Below are positions 10,959 through 24,537 of a stretch of 64,000 nucleotides of DNA, one piece after another. The stretch is from an uncultured delta proteobacterium (GTDB taxonomy: Bacteria > Desulfobacterota > BSN033 > UBA1163). Within the stretch, counting starts at the first letter, position 1; the number at the start of each line of letters is the position of its first letter. The DNA lies in assembly GCA_963708295.1 (NCBI GenBank), contig CAVPSJ010000012.1, forward strand, positions 192,001 through 256,000, in the 5' to 3' direction. The translations under genes and the position numbers were made by a program. The notes beneath the pieces are model-generated. The model was not told where the DNA came from. It made no database searches and saw nothing but the letters and a program-made list of their open reading frames with translations.

Positions 10959-11797
10959 GGCTCTTCTGGCTTGAAATCTACAAGACCTTCAGCCGGTGGC
11001 GAACGTACATCGGTTTCGCCTTTATCGCCCTGGTGGTCATTTTGACAGAAGTCGTGATGAAACTGAGCGCCGTCGAGATCATGAATCGCATGATGAGATC
11101 GACGCAGAAAGATTTCCTCGTCTTCGGAAATGTTTTGAACGGGTGGTTTGTCTCGGCCTTTATCATGAACACCCTTCACATCCACATCCCTTTCCTCATC
11201 GCTCTCGTCGCCGGGGACATCGTCTCGGGCGAGGCCACCTCCGGGACCGTGAGGTTCCTCTTGATACGGCCTCCGTCGAGGCACAGGATCATTGCGGCCA
11301 AATACGTCACGACGCTCTTTTACACGGCCGGCCTGGTCATCTTCCTTGGAATCGTGTGCATCCTGCCGGGGCTCGCTCTGTTCGGCAGCGGCGACTTGAT
11401 CATGCATCATTTCGGAAAGTTCGGAATTGTCTTTATCCCCGAAGCTCAAATTCCCGTTCGGATGCTTCTCGCCTTCATGGCCGCCATCTGGTCGATGATG
11501 ACGGTGGCTTCGATTGCTTTTCTTCTCTCGACCCTCGTCGAAAATTCCATCGGCCCGATCATCGGCACCATGGCCGTCGTCATCGTCTTTCTGGTGATCG
11601 GAAATTTCCCATTTGATTTCTTCGGGACCCTCAAGCCGTACCTCTTTACAACCTATATGGTCTTCTGGCAGCGATTCCTCGATGACCCGATCCCCTGGCA
11701 GGAGATCGCCAAGTCAGCAGCGATCCTCGGCCTCCATAGCCTCGCCCTATTCGCCATCGCTCTCGGGACCTATGCAAGAAAGGATATCAAGAGTTGA
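10955..11797 (+). CDS. ABC-2 type permease
   Basis: Multi-TM protein, GEATSGT motif, overlaps the ATPase stop codon. Confidence 0.88.
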   Translation: MRLFWLEIYKTFSRWRTYIGFAFIALVVILTEVVMKLSAVEIMNRMMRSTQKDFLVFGNVLNGWFVSAFIMNTLHIHIPFLIALVAGDIVSGEATSGTVRFLLIRPPSRHRIIAAKYVTTLFYTAGLVIFLGIVCILPGLALFGSGDLIMHHFGKFGIVFIPEAQIPVRMLLAFMAAIWSMMTVASIAFLLSTLVENSIGPIIGTMAVVIVFLVIGNFPFDFFGTLKPYLFTTYMVFWQRFLDDPIPWQEIAKSAAILGLHSLALFAIALGTYARKDIKS

Positions 11798-12504
11798 AGA
11801 ACATTTTGCTATGCCTCCTCTGGGTTCCACTTTTCCTTTTCCCCGGTCTCCTCCAGGCTCAGGAGGAAGGCGTCCGCACCCTGGACGCCCTGCAAAAAAA
11901 ATACTCCGGCCTGAAGGATTACACCGTCGATGTCAACGTCCATTTTGACGTCGAAGGCTTCAAGGCGCCCGACATGCAAGCGAAGCTCTATTGCAAGCCT
12001 CCCGACAAGATGAAAATTGAATCGAAGAGAATCTTTTTCCTCCCGAAAGAGGGCGGAACCTTCAACCCTTTGATGTTCAACAAGGAAGATTTTGAGGTCA
12101 AATTTCTGGAACGTTTAACGCACGCAGGCCGAAATGAAGTAAAACTGAAGCTGACGCCCAAAAAAAGGAAACCCAATGCTCCTCAGGATTTCATGTTGAC
12201 CATCGACACGGACCGGAACCTGATCAAAGAGATGAATATATCCTCGCCCGACGGAAGGGAAGTGAAGGCCTTGATGGAATACGGTCCTTTCAGTGGTTTC
12301 GACCTCCCGACACGCATCGAGCTCCACCTCGACATGCAATTTAATGAATCGCGGGAGTTCAAAGATTTCGGTCCGCCTTCCCAGCCTGCAAAGCGAGTCA
12401 CCGGGCGGGTCGAAATCACCTATTCGAACTACAAAGTCAACGTGGGGCTCAGTGATCAGATCTTCAAGGAGACGGAGGCTTCCAAGCTGAAAAAAGGTCC
12501 CTAG
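11794..12504 (+). CDS. Exported LolA-like protein
   Basis: Signal peptide; KDYTVD, PDKMKIE, YSNYKVNVGLSDQIF. Confidence 0.65.
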   Translation: MKNILLCLLWVPLFLFPGLLQAQEEGVRTLDALQKKYSGLKDYTVDVNVHFDVEGFKAPDMQAKLYCKPPDKMKIESKRIFFLPKEGGTFNPLMFNKEDFEVKFLERLTHAGRNEVKLKLTPKKRKPNAPQDFMLTIDTDRNLIKEMNISSPDGREVKALMEYGPFSGFDLPTRIELHLDMQFNESREFKDFGPPSQPAKRVTGRVEITYSNYKVNVGLSDQIFKETEASKLKKGP

Positions 12505-12524
12505 CTCCCCCGCCGCTTCGTCGC

Positions 12525-12866
12525 TGTCCTCTTTTCCGGATGTCTTCTTTATTTTCGTGTGTTCCCCTCTACATCCTGCCCCTCGATGCCCTGATCGACA
12601 GAAGAACCTTTTTTCAGGATCAGGTAACCTTGACCAACCCATTTCAAAACATAACCCCCCTTCATCCCCCCTTAAATTAAGGGGGGAATAGAGGGGGGTT
12701 ATCGCTTCATCAGCCCAACCGTTTCAGAGTTTGGCTGCATGAGTTTGAAGGGGGAGAGTTGGTATCAATATCATTACGGGCCTTGATCCGGGGTACCTTC
12801 CACGCGGGCCTTATGAAGCCTCAGAGGGACTCACCCTTGCCGCGGACACGGGAAAACTGGAGGACA
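12525..12866 (-). ncRNA. Unknown structured non-coding element, copy B (homologous to 60730-61190)
   Basis: Colinear identical blocks with copy A; ends pair with each other; interrupted by a palindrome at 12651-12702. Confidence 0.55.
12651..12702. repeat. REP-like palindrome nested in element B
   Basis: ataacccccc..tccccccttaaattaagggggga..ggggggttat. Confidence 0.8.
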
Positions 12867-12911
12867 ATGCCGAGAAACCTTAGGCTGGTGTCTGAACAAT
12901 AGGAGAGAGGC

Positions 12912-13559
12912 TTAATCGTTGGAAAGAGCGGATTCTTCCTGGGCTATGCGCTGGGCCTTGATCTTCATGAGGCGGCTCGTGTTGGAGCGCTCCATCTCGT
13001 CGAGCTTGCTCATGATGTACTTGATCGTCTCCTTCATTCGGGGGATGAAGGTATGCTCAAGGGCGTTCACCCGGCGTCTCGTTTTCTCGATCTCGATGCT
13101 CAAGCGCCTGACGGCTTCCTCCAGTTCGGCCATGCGAATGAGCTTCGGCAAAAACTTCTTCAGAGAATCGATCGCCTGGTCCAGCTCGGGGGAGGTGTGA
13201 ATGAAGGAATACATGCCGCCGACGGTGCCGAAGGTCACCTCGATCTTCGGGATGACCACGCTCATGAGCCGGCGGGGCTTTACCGTGAGCTGAAGCTCCT
13301 GCTTGGTGCTCTCGAGCGCGTTCTCCGTGATCTTGCGGGAGGAGGTGATCTCGGCCAGGACGAAGAGCTTGAGCACGTAAGGAAGCTCGTCATCCACGGC
13401 GAGGCGGAACCGCTTATACTCCTTCGCAATCTCCAGGAACTCCTGCATGAGGCCGTCCAGCTTGTCCTTGAGGAGCTTGTGGCCCCGCTGGGCAACCACG
13501 AGGCGCTTGCGCAGCCTCAGGAGTTCCATCCGGGTCGGGTTAACCGCTAATCTTGCCAT
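12912..13559 (-). CDS. ntpD: V/A-type ATPase subunit D
   Basis: VNPTRMEL, RGHKLLKDK, IEKTRRRVNALE. Confidence 0.95.
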   Translation of the reverse strand: MARLAVNPTRMELLRLRKRLVVAQRGHKLLKDKLDGLMQEFLEIAKEYKRFRLAVDDELPYVLKLFVLAEITSSRKITENALESTKQELQLTVKPRRLMSVVIPKIEVTFGTVGGMYSFIHTSPELDQAIDSLKKFLPKLIRMAELEEAVRRLSIEIEKTRRRVNALEHTFIPRMKETIKYIMSKLDEMERSNTSRLMKIKAQRIAQEESALSND

Positions 13560-13565
13560 GCCGTC

Positions 13566-14949
13566 CTACTTCTTCGGATAGTATTTCTCAAGGTACTCGT
13601 CGCGCACACGTTTGAGTTCGCTCTTGGGGAGCATGAGCGAGCAGATTCCAGCCAATGCGAAGACTCTCTTCGATGGAGCGGTTCTCGTCCTCACCCTGGC
13701 GGACGAACTGGTCCTCGAAGGCGTCGGAGAACTTCACGAACAGGACGTCCGCCTCGCTGAGCGCCGACTCGCCGAGAACGACCGCCAGCTCCTTCGCGTT
13801 CTTCCCTCTCGCATAGGCCGCGTAGAGCTGGTTCATGAGGTCCGCATGATCCTCGCGGGTCTTGCCGGCGCCGATTCCCTTGTCCTTCAAGCGGGAAAGG
13901 GACGGCAACACATCGACGGGCGGATAGATGCCCTGGGCATGGAGACCGCGGTGGATGATGATCTGTCCTTCGGTGATGTACCCGGTGAGGTCAGGGATCG
14001 GGTGCGTTTTGTCGTCCTCGGGCATCGTGAGAACCGGAATCTGCGTGATCGACCCCTTCTTGCCTTTGATCCGGCCTGCACGCTCGTAGATCGTGGAGAG
14101 GTCGGTGTAGAGATAGCCGGGGTAACCCCGCCTGCCGGGGACCTCTCTGCGGGCAGCGGAGATCTCGCGAAGCGCCTCGCAGTAGTTCGTGAGGTCGATC
14201 AGGATGACCAGCACGTGCATGTCCTTCTCGTAGGCCAGGTACTCGGCCGCCGTGAGCGCCATACGGGGCAGCGCAATCCGCTCGATCGGCGGGTCATCCG
14301 CAAGGTTCATGAACAGGACGGAGCGCTCGATGGCGCCGGTCCGCCGAAAGTCCGCGACGAAGAACTCGGATTCCTCGAAGGTGATTCCCATGGCGGCAAA
14401 GACCACCGCGAACTTCTCGCCGGTCTTGAGCACTTTGGCCTGACGGGCGATCTGGGCCGCGATCCGGGAGTGGGGAAGACCCGAGCCCGAGAAGAGCGGG
14501 AGTTTCTGTCCCCGGACCAGCGTATTGAGGAGGTCGATCGTGGAGATCCCCGTCTGGATGAATTCGTTCGGGTAGTCCCGGGAGAAGGGGTTCATGGGGT
14601 TGCCGTTCACGTTCAGGTACTTCTCCGGGATGATGGCAGGCCCATCGTCGATCGGGCGGCCGAACCCGTCAAAGACCCTCCCCAGCATATCGATGGAGAC
14701 ACCGAGCTCCATGCCTTTGCCGAGGAACTTCACCTTGACGTCCTGGGGTGAAAGACCGCTCGTTCCCTCAAAGACCTGTACCATGGCCTTGGTCCCGTTC
14801 ACTTCAAGGACACGGCCCCTCCGCATGGAGCCGTCGGAGAGCTTGATCTCGGTGAGTTCGCCGTAGGTAATCCCTTCGACGCCCTCCACGAGCATCAAAG
14901 GGCCTGCAATCTGCTTCACCGTTCGATATTCTTTCGTTACACTTGGCAT
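13566..14949 (-). CDS. ntpB: V/A-type ATPase subunit B (frameshift near 3' end)
   Basis: [42 protein letters not shown]; other frame ends [17 protein letters not shown]. Confidence 0.95.
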
Positions 14950-14964
14950 TGCGGGTTGACCTCA

Positions 14965-16723
<1,759 letters not shown>

Positions 16724-16745
16724 ATCATTATCCTTATCCCCTTCT

Positions 16746-16994
16746 CTAGCAGTTTGCTGAAAGAGTCATTTTTCGCAGGCTGCTCAAAAATGCCCGGATG
16801 CCAGGCCCCAAAATCCTTCGTAGGGGCAATTCATGAATTGCCCCTACACATACGCTGCAACAAGCCTTCCCCGTGCTTGACACGAGAAGGATGAGGGGTC
16901 CGTTGCGACGAATAAGGAGCAACTCCTGGCACGCCGCCGAGACGGTGAGGCGGCCGGGAACGCCGCAGATGGGCGTCTTTCAGCAGCCTGCTAG
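16746..16994. mobile_element. MITE with terminal inverted repeats and a nested GTAG-type REP
   Basis: CTAGCAGTTTGCTGAAAGA / TCTTTCAGCAGCCTGCTAG (17/19 inverted match); perfect 28-bp palindrome gtaggggcaattcatgaattgcccctac at 16820-16847. Confidence 0.8.
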
Positions 16995-17311
16995 TCTTTA
17001 CCCAGAAGATCTATCCCCAGGGAGCGTTCAACGGATTTTCGCATCTCCTGGAAGCTTACATGTTTGCTTCCCTCATGGGTCGGGATGATGGTCAGTACTG
17101 CGGAGGACCTCCCCCGAAACTCCTCAATGGCTTTCGGAGCATCCTTGGCCATGCTTTCCGTGACGAGCACCAAACCGATCTCCGGATCACGGGACAGGGT
17201 GTTCAACTCATGCATCAGCTTTTCGCTGTCATCGATGGGAACGATCTCGAACCCCACCCCCTTGAACCCGAGGATAAGATGTTTTTCACCGACCGCCACG
17301 GCCTTAGACAT
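16991..17311 (-). CDS. V/A-type ATPase subunit F
   Basis: AVAVGE..ILGFKGVG, IIP, VERSLGIDL; operon position. Confidence 0.9.
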   Translation of the reverse strand: MSKAVAVGEKHLILGFKGVGFEIVPIDDSEKLMHELNTLSRDPEIGLVLVTESMAKDAPKAIEEFRGRSSAVLTIIPTHEGSKHVSFQEMRKSVERSLGIDLLGKD

Positions 17312-18291
17312 AGCCCTCCCTCAATCTCTGCCTGAGCAGGGTCTGATCGATGCGATTGAGCCTGCCGTTCACAACGAGCTTCATGTTTTGGATCTCCGCC
17401 TGAAGCCCGACGAGAAACGCAAAGACACGTTCCGGTCCGGCGGTTTGCATTTTTCCATCGCGGGCGATTTTGGTGAGATGGTTGGTCACTTTGAGCTCGA
17501 AGCCTGAGATCTGTTCATCCTCGGGCAGTCTCAAGCGATTCCGAGAGGATATCCCCGACTTCTCCTCCCACCACAGACGGCCAGTTCTCGGTATTGGGCA
17601 TGCCGGAGAGTTCGGTGACGACAGGGGTAAAATCACCAAGCGGAAGCAGGTATTGCTGGTAACGACGGAGCGACTGCTGCTGCCTCAGCGCCCGCCAGAG
17701 GATGATGACGATGTATGAAAGCACCCGGTCGTGAATATACGCGCTGACGAGCTCCGACTTCAGTTGATGCGCGATCGAAAGCAGATTTCTTAAATACGCG
17801 CCGTCGAGAAGGATCTCCAGGATCGCCGGATCGATCTCGCCGGACTCCCCGGTAATCCCTGTCTCCGATTCTCGCAAAGAGGCGGGGAGGTCCGCTTGAT
17901 CGCCTTGACGGATCGTGATGAGCTTTTCCTGGGAGAGCAATCCGAAATGGAAAGGAAAATCCGAAGATCCCGTCAGCGCACTCTTCAGATTCAGGTAATC
18001 GCCCTGCAGAAGAAAAAGGTCAGCGGGAAGGCTGGATGGGGAATCTCCCTTCAGAGAGAGCGCCATCTCGTAGAAACATCGGTCACAAATGTCGCTGAAA
18101 TCGTCCCACACCGTTCCCGGCGTAAGGTAATCCCTCAGGAAGGTGTCCTGCAAATGCTGGATCAGGTCGCCCAGATGTTCCTGGGCAATGAGATTCAGAA
18201 AGAACTCCCGAGGCAGGAGTTTCCCTTCCAGGACGCTGATCCTTCCGGAGACGAACCCCCAGCGCATGTTGTTTTTTATCCTCGGAACCAT
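17304..18291 (-). CDS. V/A-type ATPase subunit C/d (frameshift ~17520)
   Basis: GFVSGRISVLEGKLL N-terminus; GPERVFAFL..EIQNMKLVVNG C-terminus. Confidence 0.85.
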
Positions 18292-18297
18292 ACCCTA

Positions 18298-18887
18298 TTA
18301 TCCCGGAAACAGCTCTGATGCAATGGCAGGGAGCATGTCATGCTCGATGTCCTGAAGCATCGTATCCAGTGTCTGATCCACTTCGAAGTCGGCGCTCACG
18401 AAGATGAAACCGCCACGTTCCGGTAGCGGAGTCATTCCGATCAAGGGTGATTTTTGCATCGCCACGACCTTCGTTCAGTTCAGAAAGGATCTTCTCGAAA
18501 AGGTCCTTCTCATCCGGGTGGACCCGGATCTTGCCCTCGTAGCTTCCCGCTGCCTTCTCAATCAGCCGCCCCATGACCTTGGCGTACTTCTCCGGAGGCC
18601 AGGCCAGGATCTCATGCTTGGCCCTTTCAAAGAGGGACTTCAGGAGGATGTTTCTCTTGTCGAGGATCTGCTTGCCGGCTGCTCCCTTGGAGCTGGATCA
18701 GCTTTCGGCTGTACTCATCTTCGATGGCCTGTATTCTGAATTTCCAGAGCCGTTCAAACTCCTGTTCCGCCACCTCTTTTTGTGACTTCAGGAAATCGCC
18801 ATTCTTCTTTTTTGCACTATCGATGATGCGCGTCGCTTCCGCTTTGGCCTCCGACAGGACCGCCTGACGGATCTTTTCTAATCCCAT
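18298..18887 (-). CDS. V/A-type ATPase subunit E (multiple frameshifts)
   Basis: MGLEKIRQAVLSEAKAEA start; ends PAIASELF; position in operon. Confidence 0.8.
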
Positions 18888-18904
18888 GATCTTCTCCCCC
18901 TCCC

Positions 18905-19420
18905 TTATTTAGGCAGGAATTGAAGCATAACCGGCTGGGTCAGGAAAACGATGAAGAGGATGGTCGCAAGCAGTGCCACGACCGCATACGTTTCAACGAA
19001 TGCCGGGAAAAGGACCGCCTTACCGGCAGCCTCCGGTCTGCGGGCCAGGAGCGAAATACCCGCAGCAGAGGCCTCTCCCTGATAGATCGCAGAGATAAAC
19101 TGGGCAAGACCATCTCCAAGCCCGATAAAGAAGAGCGCAATGCCTGTGCCGAGGGATATCTTCAGCGGGCCGCCGCCGATGAGCCCTGTCTGGGTCATCA
19201 TGAGAATCGCTGCGATAAATCCGTAGAACCCCTGTGTGCCGGGGAGCGCAATCATCACCAGCATTCGGCCGAAGAGTTCCGGCTTCTCCCGCATCACGCC
19301 GGCAGCCTGGTGAGCGGCGATGGCAATACCCCAGGCAGAGCCGGAACCGGCCAAACCAAAGGCCAGGCCCGCACCAGCAAAGCAAAGACCGCGTCCTATC
19401 TCGATCGATTCAGGTATCAT
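18905..19420 (-). CDS. ntpK: V/A-type ATPase proteolipid K, 4-TM, Na+-binding type
   Basis: LPGTQGFYG, SAIYQG, VETYA match the Na+-coordinating pattern of Enterococcus hirae NtpK. Confidence 0.92.
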   Translation of the reverse strand: MIPESIEIGRGLCFAGAGLAFGLAGSGSAWGIAIAAHQAAGVMREKPELFGRMLVMIALPGTQGFYGFIAAILMMTQTGLIGGGPLKISLGTGIALFFIGLGDGLAQFISAIYQGEASAAGISLLARRPEAAGKAVLFPAFVETYAVVALLATILFIVFLTQPVMLQFLPK

Positions 19421-19487
19421 TTCTCCTCCTCCGTAGTTTCTTGGAATAGGGACCGGACCTGTCGTCTCCCATCCCGATCCGGTGCCC

Positions 19488-21607
19488 CTATTTCCCCTTG
19501 AACAAACTCGGCTCTCCGGACCTTTTCACGATGCACGCAGGTGAATCAAAGCCAAGCGGCTGGAAAGGACGGGAACCCCCCTCATAAAACCGGCCAAAGA
19601 ATTCAACGAAGATGAGCCTCATGGAGTGCACAAATGCCCCAAGGACACTGATGCAGAAATTAAACAGATGACCGACCACGAGCACGATCAGAAAGAGGAT
19701 GAACCCGACGTAGGGTACCTCCCTGAGCATGCCTGCCATGAGGTTGAAGGTCATGGCCACGATGGAAGTCGTCAGACCGAGTGCCAGCAGACGGCAATAG
19801 GAAAGCGTATCGCCGATGAAAGCCGTGATGCCGTAGCTGCCCATGATGCCGTAGAGACTCACCAGGCCACCTGCCAACTTCCCGAATGGGCTTTTGAAGT
19901 CCCTGCCCTGAGTCAGCACGAGGCCAATGGCGCCGACGATAAAAAGCCAAAATCCCGTATTGAAAAGGGCGGCAGGGATATCGGTGAATATTTTCCCGAC
20001 CATCATCAAGAGACCGGTCAGGGTGACAATCCAGCAGACCCCGTCAGAGAATGCCCCCAGAAAGTCTCTATTTCTGAGGGCGCCGTACATCTTGAGGATA
20101 ATCCCGTAGAACTGGTTGCAGATTCCGATACCGAGTGCACAGAGAAGGGCAACGATGGTCTTGTCGATGGGATCGATCACCACGAACATCTCCTGCAGAC
20201 GCAGGAGAAAGTTGTCCTTCCCGAGGTAGTCAGGCTTGTAAAGATCACCGAACCACGAACCCGTGAGGGCGCCGAAGAGGATGCTGCTGATCCCTCCGTA
20301 GAGGAGGATACGTGAGAAGTTATTCAATCCTTGGTACGGTTTTGTCTTTGCCGCAAGATAGGCCCCCAAGGCTGTGAGCATGATCCCGTAGCACACGTCG
20401 CTGAAGCAGATACCGAAGAACAGGTAAAAGTTGACCTGCAGGAAGGGGGTGGGATCGAACGACTTGTACGGCGGAAGACCAAACATCTCCACGAGGAGTT
20501 GGATGGGCCTGAAGAGGTTCGGCACGGTGATACTCACCGGCACATCATCATCCGGACCGGGATCCTGGATCGTGACCTCGGAGTCCGGGAATTCCTGCCT
20601 CATGGTGGCGAGAAATCTCTCCGCATCCTTTTTGCGGATGTACCCGCCGATCACGTGGACCCACTTGCCCTGGACCCCCTTGGTGGAAGCGAGCTGGGTG
20701 TTCTTCATGTTCTGCCAGTAGGCCCTCAGAATGAGTAGAGAGCGCCGGCCTTCGCCGGCTCGATGACCTTGGGCGAGAGATTTCACTTTCTCGGCCACGT
20801 CATCCACTTTCTGTTTGTACTCGGCTAAATCAGACCGCAGTTCATCGATCCGTTCGGAGATCTTTCTCGGAAAGCTTGGGGAGCTGAATTTCATCGAATC
20901 CGATCGATGCCAGGTCCTTGCGGACGCCCTCACTGTCTTCCGCAAGAAAGGCAATCACCATGCGCACCCGCTCTTCCTCCCCTTTCGATGAGGGGCTTCC
21001 GCTCTGGGAGGGCCTGGTGACTCGTTTCCGGCTCACTCCGGGTTTGATTTCCTCCCATGCGGCTCGGTTCCATGGCTCCGTGCCCTCGTTGAGAAGGGTG
21101 AGATTCTTTCGGGGCAGGTTCCCAAACACAAGGCGTGTCTTCACGGGGCGAGTGGAAGTCAGCCATGTTAAAGGGTAGATCGCTCAAGGGATCGAGTTCC
21201 TTCAGCTCGTTTTCGATTTCGCTCGATCACCCGTTCGGCTGACCGGTACCTCTCATCCAGTTCACCCGCATCCCTGAACGTCTGTTCAAGGTCGAACTTG
21301 TCTATGACGGACTGGATCTCCTGCGGCGAGGTGACGAGCGGGACGGGCGCCAATCCTTGGACGAAACTCTGCTTCTCAGGAGAAAGGAGGTTCATGAGGT
21401 TCAGGATGAAGTCGATCTGGTGAAGTTTTTCATCCACCTCTTCCGTGCTCGTATCGCAGCGTTCGGAGAGAGGGCTCCCCTGACTCCTGGATGTCCTTGA
21501 GGTCGGTCACCTCCATGACCCCAAGACGATTGATTGTCTTCATCAGCCTGTCTGTTGGAATTTCTCGGACTGATCAGGGTCACCTTTTTAATGGGTTCAA
21601 TCGCCAT
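19488..21607 (-). CDS. ntpI: V/A-type ATPase subunit I/a (several frameshifts)
   Basis: DPTPF, FFGICFSDVCYG, LSYCRLLALGL, HSMRLIFVEFF. Confidence 0.92.
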
Positions 21608-21610
21608 AGG

Positions 21611-21924
21611 TTATAGCTCGCTGAATTTCGTGACAATCTTGGTCAATCTGCTCTTTTAACGTGCTGCCTGCAATCTGATCGATGGCATTCAAAGCCTGGG
21701 CAAGATCCTTCTCCGCTTCGGCAACGGAGCGCTGATGCTTCTCCTCCATCTCTTTCTGAAAGGCTGAAGATTTTCTGTTCCGTTTCTTCAGCCAGTTTCC
21801 GGCGGTATGCCTCAGCCTCTGCGATGGCGGATTTCTCCAACTCTTTTGCCTCGGCACGGGCCTGTGCCACAATCGCATCGGCTTCCTTTTCCAAAGACAC
21901 AATATCTTCAACCAGAGTAGCCAT
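21611..21924 (-). CDS. V/A-type ATPase subunit G/H (frameshifted)
   Basis: Coiled coil LEKEADAIVAQARAEAK; first gene of the operon. Confidence 0.7.
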
Positions 21925-22101
21925 CCGGTCACCCTTCCTAAACCGTCAGCACAACCCATCCTTCAGCATCTTCCAGTGGATTTCAGAACGATACTTGAAC
22001 CACTCCGTGCAGTCTGCCAATTCTTTATTCGGCAAGAGGCTTTCGCACACAAACTAAGGCGCTCATATTACATAAAATGACTTAAAAATCAAATCCTTTT
22101 C

Positions 22102-22753
22102 CTATTTAATTTTCTGGATGTCTTTTTCTTTTCCAATCACGACTAAGACATCGCTGTCCTTGATCGTAAAGTCCGCACGGGGAACCATGGTCAATCGTTC
22201 CGGCAGCATCTCCCTCACGGCAATGACCTCAATATGGTATTTGCTTCTCAGGTGGAGCTCTCCGATCGTCTTTCCCATAAAACTTGGGGGAGGCGCTATC
22301 TCACAAATGGTGTAATCATCCGAAAGAGGAATATAATCAAGGACATTGGGGGAGATCAGGCTTCTGGCCACTTTGTCTGCCATCTCCCTCTCAGGAATGA
22401 TCACCTCTGTCGCTCCCACCTTTTCCAAGACATGCTTGTGGTCTTCATTGGGCGCCTTCACAATGATATGTCTTCACTTTCATCTCTTTAAGATGGAGGG
22501 TAATGAGCGTACTGGCAGCCAGGTCCTCGCCAAAAGAAATGATGACCACATCGTCCGGCTGGATGCCGATCGATTCGATCACCTCTTTGTCTGTGCCGTC
22601 GGCAAGAATGGCCTTCGTGGAGAAATCTCTGATTTTCTGAATGACCTCTTTATTCTTGTCAATGGCAATCACTTCAAACCCATTTTCGTAAAGATCTTTT
22701 GCGATATTAAATCCGAAGATCCCCAACCCGATCACCACCACTCGTTTCATCAA
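22102..22753 (-). CDS. trkA: TrkA/KtrA RCK protein (frameshift ~22455)
   Basis: VIGLGIFG, IAIDK, KVGATEVIIPE, TrkA-C domain. Confidence 0.9.
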
Positions 22754-22858
22754 ACTCCCTCCATCTTCACCCGAAGCAGTTGTTATCTTCTGCCTATTGC
22801 CTTCTGCCTTATGTTTTTTGCCTTTTGCCTACTCCTCGCCCACTGCCTACTGCTACTT

Positions 22859-24280
22859 TTATCCCACCATGACCCCTTCCTCGGCGTAAGTCAACGTTCT
22901 TCGTCCGGTGTCTCGGGAGAGCGAGAAAGCGAGCGTCAGGGGCCCTACCCTTCCCACAAACATCATTAAAATGAGCGCATATTTCTGAAGATCATTCAGC
23001 TTCGGAGTGACCCCCATCGAAAGCCCCACCGTCCCGAAGGCCGAAACCGTATCAAAAAGGTATTCCACGAAATGGTGACGGCTCTCCAGCGGCGGAAGTT
23101 TTCCTCCTCCGGCGATCAGGAGAACAGAGGTAATGATAGCGATCGAAAAAGCGGACGCGAAAATGATCGAAATGGATCGGCTGACGATCTCCCTGGGAAT
23201 GGTCCGGTTGAAGATATTCAAATCGAGATTTCCCTTCAGCCGGTTCCACATGAGCATGACCAGAAGAGCGGCGCTGGTCGTCTTAACACCCCCACCCGTT
23301 GAACCTGGAGAGGCTCCGATGAACATGAGGACCATCATCAGGAGGATGGTCGCATTGGTCAGTAGTCCTATATCTACGGTATTGAATCCTGCTGTCCGGG
23401 GCGTGACCGACTGGAAGAAGGAAGTTAGGATTTTGGTCAGGACCGGAGCGTCTTTAATGATATGGTTTCTTTCAAACAGATAAAATAAGAGGGCACCAGA
23501 GAGAATGAGGAGGGTGGTACTGATAAGCACGATTTTTGAATGGACAGAAAGCTTTTTTTGTGTCCCTTTGAACCAGGAAAGCACTTCGTACTGGACGATA
23601 AAACCGATCCCTCCGTGAACGATCAAGCCCATGACGGTCAGATTGACGATGAGATCTCCCTGATACCCCATCAGGTTGTCGGAAAAGAGAGAGTACCCGC
23701 AGTTATTGAAAGCGGAAATCGCATTATAGACGGCATGATAAAGGGCTATCCCGGTGGGAAAATCCATGGAAAACCGGATGAAGAGAAAGAGGGTTCCGAG
23801 GGCTTCCGTGACGAACGTAAACCAGAGGACCATCTTGGCAATCACGATGAAATCCGTTCGAGGGGTGTGGAGAAAGGTTGATTGAACAATCTCTCTTCCC
23901 TTGAAAGAAATTCCTCGACCCATTAAGACGAAGAAAACCGTGGAGAAGGTGATGATACCCAGCCCACCGATTTGAAAAAGGAAGATCGTGATCACCTGAC
24001 CCCATAGGCTTAGGTCTTTTCCGATGTCGATGACGACGAGGCCCGTTACGCAGACGGCAGAGGTAGACGAGAAGAGAGCATCCACAAAACGGAGAGGCTC
24101 CTTTGAGGCTGAAAAAGGAAAACAAAGGAGAATTCCTCCTGTCAGGATCACCGCGGCAAAACTGAGGACAAAGATCCTGGTCGGGGAAAGGTATCTCGAA
24201 AAGAAGTTTTTAACTCGGATGCGAATCTCTATCGGCATGGATATTATTAGGAACCTTCCAATTTTAAACAAATTGACCAC
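22859..24280 (-). CDS. trkH: TrkH/KtrB K+ uptake membrane protein
   Basis: Four P-loops SAVCVTGL, SAFNNCG, TPRTAGF, SAFGTVGLS; GASPGSTGGG. Confidence 0.93.
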   Translation of the reverse strand: MVNLFKIGRFLIISMPIEIRIRVKNFFSRYLSPTRIFVLSFAAVILTGGILLCFPFSASKEPLRFVDALFSSTSAVCVTGLVVIDIGKDLSLWGQVITIFLFQIGGLGIITFSTVFFVLMGRGISFKGREIVQSTFLHTPRTDFIVIAKMVLWFTFVTEALGTLFLFIRFSMDFPTGIALYHAVYNAISAFNNCGYSLFSDNLMGYQGDLIVNLTVMGLIVHGGIGFIVQYEVLSWFKGTQKKLSVHSKIVLISTTLLILSGALLFYLFERNHIIKDAPVLTKILTSFFQSVTPRTAGFNTVDIGLLTNATILLMMVLMFIGASPGSTGGGVKTTSAALLVMLMWNRLKGNLDLNIFNRTIPREIVSRSISIIFASAFSIAIITSVLLIAGGGKLPPLESRHHFVEYLFDTVSAFGTVGLSMGVTPKLNDLQKYALILMMFVGRVGPLTLAFSLSRDTGRRTLTYAEEGVMVG

Positions 24281-24506
24281 CCCATATTACATGAAATTTT
24301 ACAAAAATCAACCCGTTCGGCTCACCCGCTCGACTCGCGGGTCTGTCCCTCGACTTCGTTCGGGAAACGGCCTAAGGGGGATGAGCCGTTCAATAGACTC
24401 AAGGCCATGAGCCTGTCGAAAGGCTTGTCGATGGAAGCAGGGGTTTGGTACCGTCGAACGTATCGAACTCCACGCTCTTGCGGGTGTCGCACCTCACATT
24501 TCACAT

Positions 24507-24537
24507 AAAAAAGGCAGGAACATCCTTCCTCCTGCCT
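24507..24537 (-). terminator. Intrinsic terminator closing the small-protein cluster
   Basis: Minus strand AGGCAGGA-loop-TCCTGCCT followed by a T run. Confidence 0.7.

Noticed and set aside
13612-14751. Long antisense ORFs (e.g. 379 aa opposite ntpB, 261 aa opposite the KdpD-like gene)
   Set aside because: Shadow ORFs of GC-rich sense genes with no recognisable motifs
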